Assembly: GCA_964035545.1 (NCBI GenBank)
Contig: OZ037767.1
Location: 8,070,581 to 8,134,580 of the forward strand
Origin: Bugula neritina
Taxonomy: Eukaryota; Animalia; Bryozoa
DNA: 64,000 nucleotides
Direction: 5' to 3'
Shown here in pieces: positions 40,006 to 53,200 of this stretch (position 1 is the stretch's first letter; every line of letters begins with the position of its first letter). The position numbers and the translations under genes were made by a program. The notes beneath the pieces were generated by a model. It searched no databases, was not told the DNA's origin, and worked only from the letters and a program-made list of their open reading frames with translations.

Positions 40006-43000
40006 TCAGGGGCCAGTCGGGTCATCAGATGTCTGAGACTGCGCTGGTACTGGCCCGGACTGACTCGGGACGTACGACTGCGGATACGGCAGTGCGAGGT
40101 CTGCCAGGCTAGTAAACATGGCCGCCCTACCGAGACCACCGGTCGACGCCGGCTATACGCTGGTTGGCCATGGCAGGTAGTGGCCGTGGATCTAGTCGGA
40201 CCTATGCCGTTATCCGCCAGAGGGAACACCTGGATACTGGTGCTCTCGGACCACTTCACTCGGTGGGCTGATGCGCTGGCTATACCAGATGCATCAGCTC
40301 CCACCGTGGCCCGAACCCTGGATCAGCATGTATTCTGTTATTTCGGGCTTCCCGAGCAGATTCACACTGACCAGGGGGCCCAGTTCCAGTCCCAACTGAT
40401 GGGAGACCTCTGCCGGATATGGGGGGTGAACCAAAGCCGGACGACCCCATATCACCCGCAAGGGAACGGAGTCGTAGAGAGGAACAACCGGATGTTAGGA
40501 GATGCCCTCCGAAGCCTGCTCTTGGGCCGAGGCCAGGAAGAATGGGACGTGGTACTACCCCAAATCATGCGGGCCTACCGCAGTACACCACACTCCAGCA
40601 CCCTGGAGACCCCAAACTTCCTGATGCTCGGCCGAGAGACTCGCGTCCCGGAGCACCTAACCTACCATGTTCCTGCACCCGAGGCCCCCGTACATGAGTA
40701 CGTGGGAAAGCTCATCGAGACGATGGAGCAGGCTCATGAAGCACTGCGCGAGCAGCAGTGGCAGACGAGGACAGAAGACTCCGAGGAGCCACCACTATAC
40801 CAAGTAGGAGACTGGGTATGGATGGTGAGCTACCGCCGGAGGCGCGGACAGTCGGCTAAACTTCAGCCCAAGTTCGTGGGGCCATACTGCGTCATAGAGG
40901 TTTTACCGAACCACACATACCGTGTGGAACGCTCAGGGCAGGTCTCAGTCCAAAACGAGCAGCGGTTAAAACCCTATGAGGGCAGCCCCGACGCTGCGGG
41001 GCAGGCTCCCCCCCTACTCGAGCCGGCTCGCCAGCCCATCTCCCGAGGACGGGTGGCTCGGCCCAGAGAGTGGGAGATCGCAGTCCAGGACCCAGTGGAA
41101 CCGGACCAGACACCAGAACCCCCTCCTCTACCTGGTCCACCAGTTGCACCGACTCCAGAGCCGGCCCCGGTGCCAGAAAGAGCACCTCAGGCTGAGGGAG
41201 GTGACCCAGGGATCTCTGCCCCTACCGCACCTCCACCACAGCCTGAGGCACCTGTAGAGCTGGACAGACAGGCCAGAAGCAGAAGACCTCCTGGGTATCT
41301 GGCCGATTATCACGTAGGACCCGTGGATTTACCCCCACAAGGGCAGAATTCGCCTAGTACAGGCAGCAACCCACATTCCTACGGGCCTAGATACCCTGCC
41401 AGAGATACTACTATTGAGATCACGTACCGAAGATCGGCAGATACTGAGAGCGTGGAGTTGCCCCACCGAAATGCGCCGTGGAATATGACCGAACATGTGA
41501 CACGAGGTTCGGTCATTTCAACTCCAGTCTCAGTATCGCCGACACGTACAAATCTTAACTCGGATCCTTATGATATGGTTCTCCCGCTGCCGGAGTCATC
41601 AGCTGACCACATGGGTACTAGAGTAGACGATGCGACTCCACCCGACTTTCCCTCTATTTGGAACCCTGGCTCGGCTCCAGTCAGCCCGACGGGTTCCCCC
41701 TCCCTGGCCCAGTCTGCCCCCACTGCTCTGGAAGACCTTCCCTTACCTGTAGAAGCCCAACTCCCTGCGGAAGAGACGCAAGTGACCCTGGGGTAGTGTG
41801 GCTGTCTGGATGGACACCGACGAGCCAAGACGGAGAACACTGACGCTACCGAACGTACTGACGGGTCGTGCTGGCCAGGATAGACAACAGTAGAAAGAAC
41901 CAGCCGCAACCAGAAGGAGCCCACAACTCACCAGTCCACATACTACCTAGCCTCCCCCTAGATGTTCACCTTCCTGACTCTCCACCACGACGTCTCACTA
42001 CTCCTCTACTCATCATCCTGCCCCCCCTTGTCGCCAGCCTGCACATACCAGTCCCCGTGAAGGAGAGATCCGGAGACCTAGGAGGACATTCAGGCCCTAC
42101 GCAGGCAACTTAATTACATATAAGACTCTCATACTACGCACTTCTTTCCTTATATATATATATATATATCAGTGCGTTTAATTGTGTTATTACAATATGT
42201 GTGTAAATAATAGTGTGTGTTGCAGTATCTAAGTTTTTTTTTTATCATGTTATTATATTTTTGTGTGTGCTCATAAATTCCTTCCAGTCAAAGTTATTTT
42301 ATTCTCCTTACCCCACTTTTTTTTTATCAGTATTATACCATTTTTTTTTTCTCTAGAACCTGAACCTCAACCAAGTTTTTTTTTTTTTTTTTTTTTATTT
42401 TTCTGCACTCCCAGTAGCCCTACCCCTGTATTCTTATGCTAGTCCCTATGCCCCTCGGCCGTTATTCTACCTTTGTTATGTTTACCCTTTGGCCCGTTAC
42501 TTTACTTTTGTTATATTTACCTTTTGACCCGTTATTTACCTTTGTTATATTTACCCTTTGACCCGTTATTTTACTTTTGTTATATTTACCCTCTGTTTTT
42601 GTATCAGAAAAGTGTACTTTCTGATAGGGGGTGTGTGTGGTAAATATTAGGAATTATCCCCCTTGACACATTACTTATGGCTATTTTTCTAAATACTGTA
42701 GTTATTGCTAAGTCTGTAGCATAACTTCCTAATACCCTAAAATACTATGGCTATTGTTAAGCCTTTAGCATAGTAAACAGTTAATCCCCTTTCCCCAATT
42801 ATAAGTTACAATACGCATACACTTGGTTGGGTTCATTTTTGCTGATTCATGTAAACCGACAGTTGGACCGATTTCGGCAGGTGGATGCCGACAAACCGAA
42901 TGTCGGTTACCGATATTTCCAGTGTCGGTTACCGACATGACGAATGTCGCCATTCCCTGCTGAACATCGGCCCGCTGTCGGTAGAAGGTTCTAGAAGTCC

Positions 43001-43192
43001 TTTGTTCCACTGGTATAAAAGGACACGCATTTTAGAGCTTCAGTCACTTGCGGACTGGAGCTCACACTGGACACTTCTCTCTACTACAATAAAGTACTGC
43101 AAGCACACGGCAACCTCTCTCTCTTGTCTCTTCTATAACAAGGAGTTATGTTCTCTGCCTGATTTCATTCTATAACCCACAAAACTACTACA
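39946..43192 (+). mobile_element. 5'-truncated Gypsy element 3 (integrase, Pro-rich extension, 3' LTR ~42636-43192)
   Basis: Frame VVCPRALRREIIWDNHKQAH...CEVC...VDL...TDQG...VERNN to stop at 41796; G-rich PPT near 42626; LTR with TATAAAA at 43014, AATAAA near 43088, ending ACCCACAAAACTACTACA like element 2's LTR. Confidence 0.85.
42468..42592. repeat. ~34 bp minisatellite in element 3 3' UTR
   Basis: Three to four imperfect copies of TTTACCYTTTGRCCCGTTAYTTTACYTTTGTTATA. Confidence 0.75.
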
Positions 43193-43442
43193 ATATTGAC
43201 TTCATAAGATGATAATATTAATAATAATGCTTTTGATTATCATAATCAAAAGCTTTATATTTAAATCATAGTCATACTCATACAGTCATAGTCTTGCTGG
43301 TAATAATCATAATTTATCATGAAATTTAGTTATAAAATAAATTAATAAATGTATAACTATATTGAAATTGTTAAATTGTTATTGATATAAGAGGTACTAT
43401 TAGTATTAATATTAACACTAACGCATGTTTATAGTCGATATC

Positions 43443-43625
43443 TCTGTGAAAAACCCCTAATGTAAAGGGTTTTTGTTAAAATGGCCTAAGGAGTGTTTTA
43501 GATGAGGCACAGAGCAATTATGACTAGATGTTTTCTTTAACATCACTAATGGAATTTGTCAGGGTTCAAACCCATGACTTTGTGTTTACTAGGTGAACAC
43601 TCTAACCCCTAGACCACGGCTGCTC
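43443..43625 (-). mobile_element. tRNA-derived SINE
   Basis: Minus strand has A-box TGGTCTAGGGG and B-box GGTTTGAACCC; second copy at 60844-61029. Confidence 0.72.
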
Positions 43626-44287
43626 ACCAGTATTAATACTACCACTATCAATGACAATTTAGGTATTATTATAAAAATATTTTTTGATATATGAAATGAA
43701 ATTCGTAATGATGACAATAACTTTATGCTTTTATAATGTTTATAGAAATTATACTTCCTTTAACTTTAGAAATGTGATCAGATTCCATGCAAACATCCTG
43801 CCTATCTAATATAATTCCTTGTGTTTTATTAAAATATACATTAATAATCAACTATTTTCCTACAATTTGTTTGAGGTTTTAGACTAAAAGGATATTATAA
43901 CTTACCAGTGTGTAGAAAGTTAGTAGTAGCATCTTGTGTTTGTATTTTCAAATACGTTTAATATATCAATAATGTATTATTAAAAAATAGAGATCTGTAA
44001 TTTTGTTACATTGCACTGGCACTTGAAATATTTATTCAATCAATTAATTTGGTGAATCAAAGTTGTCAAATGAGGCCAGAGTTATCAAATTACTCAGAGA
44101 CTCATATTTATGTGAGTTATTATTAGGCTGCACTGCCTTCCTAATTAGTACAAGTTTGCTATTGGAGTATATGAAACATGTATGTAATTTATTAGGCAGC
44201 GTATTTGTTGTAGATTCTGTTGTTATAATGATCATATTTCGTGTTACATAACATTCCAATAGGATGAGCATGCTTCACTTTTATACA

Positions 44288-47200
44288 TTACATGTCACAT
44301 TTTACAAAACTGCTGGTTTTATTTTGATTGACAAAACATCATTGAAAGAAACAAGAACTGACATGTCTAAAGTTCTCATTCATTTTAAGATCTGAATAAT
44401 ATTTATATTGAACTTTATTAATTGGTGTCATTTTGTGACACTTTTTGCATAAATTACTATTTGTCAATGCAATTTTCACTCAAGGCTTAGGACATAGATT
44501 TATGTTTATCTCCACTTGACAATTTTTAGGCTTGCAGCAGAGTTGATTCATTTTACAAGCAGATAACTAATTTTTTTAAAAACCCTTCCTCTCCAATGTT
44601 CAAACTTTTGTCACAAGTGGCACATGCAGCTGACATTTTGGGCTACAGTAAACTTAGCTTGCTAAGAAAATAGCCATTTCTGGAATGAAACTAGTTATAG
44701 TAACTAGCATAAGTTGTGATTCTGTAAAGAAAGCAGTGAGTCTGTAAAGAAAGCAGTCAATTTTTCAAACCAAAGCAAAAGCTTCAAACAAAAGTTGAGG
44801 AAAGGTATTTTTTTTTTTTTACTGTTAACTGGCTCAACCAGGCCAGTTGTATGTAGTTATCGGTGTTAAGCCTATCTGTTTTGACTCATAGCCTTTAGTT
44901 TCAAATTTGCAAAATGTTGCAGTCTGATAAGTAAGCTTTTCACTCACATTTGATTTAAGTCTTCACTGATGCTAAAAAATAAAAGCTTGTTCAGTGTGAA
45001 AAACAGTACCAGCAAACCTTTAGTTTAGTACTTTGCTCTAAAAATGTACACCTAGTCAGGTGCGTGAAGCTGTTTTAATATAAAACTTCATTATTAATAG
45101 TAATCTATCTTCTTGAAATATTGACAGCAGCTTCCTTTGTATCTGTAACTGTTTTGTGAGAAAAATGCTTAATAATTACGTTTTTCAATAAAACAAACCT
45201 AGTTTATAGCCTTTGTTATGATGAAGCCATGCCCATGTACCAAGAACTTCTTTAATGTTATGATTATTATAATTTACAAGAGTAATAAATACTATACAGT
45301 AAACGTATTGACTAATTGAGAGATTATTATGAGAATATATTAATTTTGAGTAGATATCAGCTGTGATGTTGCTAGATAATTTGCCATATACTTGTGTACA
45401 TTTTAAACAGCTTATAAATATAGTTTTATTTTAGTGCTCTTCAAGTGTTTTCATTTTTGAGAAAAATAGTAATAACTTGTTTGAAATCCGATTTCGAAAG
45501 TATATTAGTTGCAAAAGTAATAAAGGCATTAGCATTTTTTATTGAAAGTCATTTTAGATTATTTTTAGTTTTGAGAACGTAGACCTGTATCCTTACCTAA
45601 ATACTTAACTTATATTGCTTTGTTCATTATTTGTCCATTAATGCTATTAGTTAGAAGTTGATTACTAATGAAACATGTACAAGAGAGATGTCAAAACAGT
45701 GACTGATTATAGTAGAAATCTAATGTTTTGATAGCTATAAGTGGGCTACTCACATATGTTTTATCTTAACACTGGTTAGCCCATATCAACATTGGTGTAG
45801 GCTTTTAAGGAAATGAAGTATAAATTTTATGCATATTATTATTTGTTTTTCAACTAAATTTATTTGTTCTTACAATAATAGCTCAATATTTTTCACATTG
45901 TTTTGTAATGCCTGGGGTTTAAGCTTGAGAAAAACTCATCATTCTTCACTGACTCAAGTGATGTTCTGAGCTTTGTAAACTTTAAGTTGTGCTCCGAAGT
46001 CTTGTTTATGTATATTCAGCTGAAAACATTTTTCTATTTCCCTAATGAATCAGTTCTTGTTGGTTTGTAAAAGCCTGCATAGTTTTTTGTGGCTAATCTT
46101 TGCATAATCTGTCGACTAACTTTTGAGAACAGAGATAGGAAGACAACTCCTACTAAAGTTGTGATTTCATCAGTGAATTATAGCAATATTATCAAATTCA
46201 TAAAATGGCAGTACTAGAGACCAATCCTGGCTTAATTCACAATAATGTTATTATTTGTTAATAAATATTTGTGTATAATAAATATTTGACTAGGAAAATG
46301 TATGGTGCCATAGAGCACAATGATGTTGTGCAAAATCAATTGAAGATATTATAAAGGCAACATGTACTTTGTTATTGTATAATGATATCTGCTGTCAGTT
46401 ACAACAGCTGTAAAATGTAGTTTTCCTTGCTTACTAAAAAATTATTTTTTTCAAAATTCCAGATACTTGATGGAAGTGTGTAATAATATCCCTGTTGCTA
46501 GTTAGGGGTCTGTTCAATAACTAGTTAGTTATCTGTAGCTTCAATATTTACCCAAACCATTATACCATTATTTTTATCTCATATTTTTAGATAAACACAA
46601 CATGAATGTTTGAGATATATTTACTTAGAAGGCCTTTCCTAACAACCTAATCACTACTTCTTACTTAGGTAAATGTTATCACAGACTAACTTCCTTCTAC
46701 TTCTTTCTCTCAGTTAGTTTATTTTGCACTGAATGTTAATAGAGTACAGATGGGAGAATGAAGGTCAGTGTAGAAAGACTCTGGTTGCTGATTGTCATGT
46801 ACTCAGTATGTCTTTCAGTCAGCACTGCTCAAGGTAATGCATATAATAAGATGCATCAAGTATTCTTATAAAGTTTAGAGCTGTTCTATGAAACTGTGTT
46901 TCTTTTAGGATGTTTTTCAGCAAGACCATGAAAAGATGTATTTACAGGCTGATTATAAATATCTGTACCAGTGCTGGGCATACATGATGTTTACTGAATC
47001 ACTACCAAATATTTCATTTCTAAGCAACTCCATCTTCTTATAAAGTGCTTCAAGTATTTTTCTTGTTGAATGCTTTTTATTAGGTTATGTTTATTTTATG
47101 AGTATTTTATTGACAATACAGTAAGGGTGTCTATTGACTGAATGATTTTTATCCATTGAGATTTTCATAGTCAAAATTTGCTGTACCACATGTAGTAAAA

Positions 47201-50200
47201 CTAATTTTCACCTAGCTTATTGAAAGCCCCACGAGTTAGTTATGTTAATTTGAATCTTTAATGCTGCCCAGTATGAAGTATAGTGTAAACTTTTTTAAAC
47301 TGCTGCGCATGTTGTGGAATTTGTAGAAAGAGCATCAGGCTAATAATAAACATGAAAATAGCTTTTTTTGTACAACTTCTAGCTGGATACTCTTACAAAT
47401 AGCATTCAATACACTTTTTTTCACAAAATTGCTTTTAGCCACCATATTAAAACATATTAGCTGCATTCACTTTGAAGGTATGAGTTGGGATAAGAAGTTT
47501 GTATATTCTGATGTGATATCGAAATTCTATATATAGGAATATATTATATAAAACTATTTCATGATATAGAACTTGTACATGTACAAGTTTTATATAATAT
47601 AATAGTATATGTATATAGTATTATTTATAAAAAATATTTCTGCATGGACTTAATATATTATTGTAATGATTGCAGATAATCTAGCTCTAAATAAACCTTG
47701 TCAACAATCAACCACTTATGATGGGTATCCGGCAGAAAAAGCAGTTAATGGTAACCTAAATGATTTCACTCACACTTTAAGTAAGCCTGATGGAAACTGG
47801 TGGATGGTAGATTTAGAGGAGAAGTTTCATGTTGACAGCATCAAAATATACAACAGACAGGAGAAAAATTGTCAATACTGTATGTATAATTATAACAGAG
47901 ATACTAGTATAGTATGTTACTATATTACAATTTTCAGTGAAGCAAAATATTCAGTTTAATTCATCAAGTTAACAAGTTTTTTTTGCAGGAATTCCAATAT
48001 TTTTAAATGATGCTTAGTTCACTATTTAAACACATTATATACAAGTGTTATGAGATCCTTTTTACAACTACAGGTAACAGACTTCAGAAGGTTTACATCC
48101 TCACATCTACTAAAGATAACCCAGAGAAGCCGGCTCTAAACAACAGTAACTGGATGATCAGATCATACAGAGATAAACCATATGGAGTTGAAGCTACTGT
48201 TATATTAGAATCTGATATTTTTGTTAGACATGTGGCTGTACACAGTGCTTATACAGAAGCTCTCTCATTGGCTGAAGTAGAGGTGTATGAACAGGACTGT
48301 AAGTTGTACAGTTTATTGATATCCTTGGTCTAGCTTTTCTCAGAGAAGTTTCTGCTGCAATCAACTGCAATAGACTCTGTTTCGTGTACTATACTATAAA
48401 TAACAAATTAAACAAATAAAACTATGCAGTTGCAATCTGTAGAGCACGGTAGTCATGTAAAAGTCTTGTTAAGGAGGTATTCAAATTTCAGTCCTATTTC
48501 CAAAAAGAGTTGATAGGATCAAATAATAATGATATGATTTTATTTAAATATTATAGTATTTTGTAAATAACTTTACCTACTGAAACTGTTTTACTATCGA
48601 ATTTATAAGCATTTTTTGATACGGTGATATTGGGGGAACAATAAGCCATTGAGAAATATGTAGTATGATATAATATAGCAACAGCATATCTTCTATTGTT
48701 TCCAACTACTTATTTGATTAATAAGTAAAGTTGTTGTCATTGAATGAAAATTGCTATATTGTTGATGAAACATACATTTTGTAAACATGGCAACTGTTGA
48801 GGCGTTTTGACATACTGATGCTCATTTTTATTTTTTGAACTTTTTAGATAACTTGGCATACAGAAAAACTACTCGTGAAACAAGCACGTACAGTGGACAT
48901 TCTCCAAGTTATGCTGTTGATGGAGTAATAGCAGCTGTTGACATAACTGATCCATTAGTGAGTCACACAGATGACGAGGAGAAACAGTTCTGGATGGTTG
49001 ATTTAGGAGACACGTATGATATTCAGTGGATTGAACTCTACAATAGACAGGGACAAAACAGTAAGTATCTGTTCACCCAACAACCTCTCTTATTACATGC
49101 TATCAATATTTGATACCTGGGATGTACAATAAACCATTGACCTAAGTCAAAAAAATAGCTCTTTATATAGTTTTTATGAGTAACAATCACTGTAATTGCA
49201 AGCTAAATGAAAACAAAAATGTACTCCTAACGATAGGTGTAAGAAGATTTACTACCAATTCTATTGTATACAATATAATATGGGTGGGGATTATCATGTA
49301 TGTATATAAATCTCAGCAATTCTAAGGCAAACAACAGCCTGTTTTAGTAGCATGGTAACTCAACTAGGAAACTAAAGCATGTAACAAATTATATCTACTC
49401 ATTATGGTGTATTCTAGTTTTATATTTCTGGTACAGGTTTGCATTAATTGACCATAACTAGCTGCTGCAACATATTATTTTTAAAGATGCCTTGATTTAT
49501 GCATTTATAAAATCTTCAACAAATCTATAAATGCACTTCAAGTTTAGGAATTTACTGTGAAACTTGTAGCACTGATGTTACTTGTATAGTAGTGCTGTAG
49601 TTAAAATGTTTTGATTATTTATTATTAGTCATTTATTTTTACTCATAATATATTAATCTATCTTATTGCGTGTTACTAAAAGCAAAATAACAATGAAATA
49701 AAATGGTGTGTATATAATTGTGATCTACATATTAATACTTGCTGCTGTTATTATTTAAAGTAGCTTTCTTTGTTATTAGAGCTGTGATACCTTATATCAG
49801 AGAGTTAGTTAGGATGTGTGTAATTGTAACAGTTTCATGTATAATATATATCGGCTACATTGTTTTGTAGGTGTAAGACTGTCCGACATTACTGTGTGGG
49901 GTTCTAACAAAGAGACGGTATCCACTTCTTCATATCCCTCCACATCTGACTGGGAAGTTATCTCCACTCAGAATGATCCAATAAACTACCTCCATGTCAT
50001 TGAACTCAATAATGTAAAGAATTTTAAACACATTGCTGTTTCTAGAGAAAAGACAGGAATTCTCTCCCTTAAAGAAGTTCAGATATTCCCAAAGAAAAGT
50101 GAGTTTCATCATTTATTTAACATTCAAAACTATTTGAAATTGAAAGTTCAAGGAGATATTTTCTCATTTCTATAATACCATGGATTTACATTACACTCAC

Positions 50201-53200
50201 AAAACTCAGTGTTTATCAGCATTCATGTAAGTCACTTTGAATATATATACCAACCAACTATTAGTTATAGAACTAAACTTTTGCTAATTAGTATTTCAAG
50301 AATACGAGTCATTCTTGTAAGTAAATGATTAAAATTTATCAGCACACTCAATAGAGATTTCAACTGTGTGTGTTATGCCTCTTAGCTTTCACATTATCTT
50401 TATGTGACTTTTAAACTGCTACAGGCTCTTTTTATAATATTGCAAGTAGAAGTTTCACACATATTATTCTAGCAGCTCTTGTAAATTCTTATGCTGCTGT
50501 TAGTAGTGATTTCGCTATAAACCATTATTTCAACTGTTTTATTAAGTCAGTATCTTAAAATATACATAATGCAACAGCACTTGTACTAATGCCTAAGAAG
50601 TGATTTTTACTGAATATTTAACAAAAGCCTTTTACTTGCTGACAAGTGTTGTGTACAGCAAAAACTAATTAAAATAACACCGTGAAATGCTGAAATAATT
50701 TAAATAGGTTTATTCAATTTTAAAAGATGTTTTTTATTTAATAAGTCTTTATTTTGCAAAGTCTGTAAAACCTGCACATGCCTATCAGAGTCTGTTTTTC
50801 ATATGAGAAAGAATTCAACAGAATGACATAAGCATTGTTTGTTATCTAACTGATGACTCATAACTCACTGTATTTACTATTTACAATTTACCAAGTTTCT
50901 TTTGTGTGAACTCACACTTCTGATGATACATGAGGCTCATAATAATTTCTTTTGTATCTCAAATCATACTGCTGTAACTTGTGTTCTGGCTCACACCTCA
51001 GACAATAATCTTAAAAAAAAATTATAAAAAAATATACATATGTTTGTTGAGTTATTGGCTAGCAGCCTAATGCACTGCATGCATATTTTCCTCTGGACAT
51101 TGTAATGTTTGTATTTCTAGGAATAAATTATGCTACTAAAGGTAAAGCTTACCAGGAGTCAACTTATCAAAAAAATAGTAGTAAATATTCTGCTAAGTTT
51201 GCTATTGATGGTAAAATAGACAGTAGCTACTCTAGCACAGGACAGTTTAAACCTGGTGACTGGTGGAAAGTAGACTTGGGAAGAAAAATCATTTTCCAGT
51301 TTGCCAGAATATATGCTCGAGATGGTGACTGTTACAATGGAAACCCTTGTGGTATGATATTTATACTAATGATTTACACCAAAGCAATGTTATTGAAATA
51401 ACTATACAAAATTATTGGGTATAAAGTATAACATAATATACATACTGATATTGATACTTGTATTTTCAACTTGAACTATTTATACCTTTTTCAATCCATG
51501 ATACTTTATATTACATAATCCACTATATACACTGCACTTCTATAAAATATATCATTAGTTATCAAACTACATAAATAGTAGAGTTTGTTCAAGAAGATCT
51601 GTGAAACCAAATTTTTAACTGGACAGAATTTTTAATGAATGATCTCCCTAAAGAATTATGTTAATTCAACAAATTTTAGGTAAATGTGGCAAAATTAGGT
51701 TTGTGAGGAAAACTGCTTTGCTCACTAATTTATAGCGGTGTATTTACTTCTCAGTGTTAGCTACTTGGATGTTAACAAACTCTATTTAAACATCATTTAT
51801 GTTTAAACAGAGAATGTTTAAACACAGGATTTTCAAAGAAGTTTTGAATGTAAGCAAATAATTGCATCAATATACTATAGTAAATATAGAAAAAAATGTA
51901 TTTGTTAACTTAAACCTGGTTTCATGATTTTATGTAAAAATGTTTTATTCTTAAACAAAACAAATACCAAATAATTTGCAATAGATTCTCAAATATAAGC
52001 GATCTTGTGTTTTTTTAAAGAGTTTGACTATTTTTGATCGTATTAAGTTTAAAATTCAAGAATTTGCTAATATAAAAACTCAGTCTAATGAAATAAATAT
52101 TTATAATAAACATATGGCATCTATCATTCAATTGAGTAGCTATCCATTGTTGGTGGCAAATTAGAGCTGTGTAGAAATAGTATAGGCTGAGTAACACTAT
52201 AGCTGTTGACTACTAGATAAATATCTTGGCTGTTGTGTGCCAAATTTTTTTAAAAAGATGAAACATTCTGAATAAAACAATAATTTCAACTAGGGACTGC
52301 AGTCACATACATATGCATATGCATGTGCATGTGCATGTGATTAAAATATCAACAATTTTATTTATTATATTGATTACTTATTTACTGCTTGTTCACTCTC
52401 TAGTCTGGGTATGTTTTGTAGCTGACAGATCAACGCAGATGCACTACCTGACCAACTCAGAGCCACATGATAAAAGCAAACCACCAAACACTGGGCCAAG
52501 CAATAACTGGAAGAAATGTAGAGATTTTTCAAATCCTCAAGGGGTTGTGTTTAATGTGTTATGTGAATTGAATGTATCTCCATACATACAACAGTTTGCT
52601 ATACTCACTGATTACAATAAAGTAGCATTCAGAGAAGTTGAGATATATGGCTATGGTGAGTAGATTCTATACTTTGAGCTTTAATATGAAACTGTTCTGG
52701 CCTAGAAAGTGTTTTAATTACTTTCCTATTCAACACTTTAAAGTTAATTGGGGTTCCAAAGAACTTAATTTCAGAAAAAATGAATTGTGAATCGTTTCTG
52801 TAGCATAACAAATCTCAAAATTGCTCAACTTTACAAAAGTTGACTATTTCAAAGCGTTTTGTTGAGTCATGGTACTCTACTAAATTTTTTATGTATACCG
52901 TTGTGACTCTTCTGGGGTATTCACTGGATGCAGCGTCTATTTATTACATTATCAGTTCAACACTAAACAAGTGAAGGAAAAATAATGGGCTCACTACAAG
53001 TCTACCTGCACTATAACAATGGACTCCATTGCCTACATCACACCATAGAGGCTTTCAGTTGAGCCTGCTAAATAAAAGCTGCTGAATCTAGAATAAGCAA
53101 TTCTTCATGAAAATTTGTTTCATTTATACACTTAATTTTAATATCATGTGATGCTACAATGAAGCTACCTATAGCTTTTGTGTTGGTATATTAGTTTCTA

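Noticed and set aside
28030-41931. Many short ORFs overlapping gag/pol
   Set aside because: Antisense or alternative-frame shadows of GC-rich retroelement coding sequence.
34754-43196. Elements 2+3 as one transposon with inverted LTRs
   Set aside because: The LTRs share only their terminal bases and the flanks (ATAG vs ATAT) are not an identical TSD.
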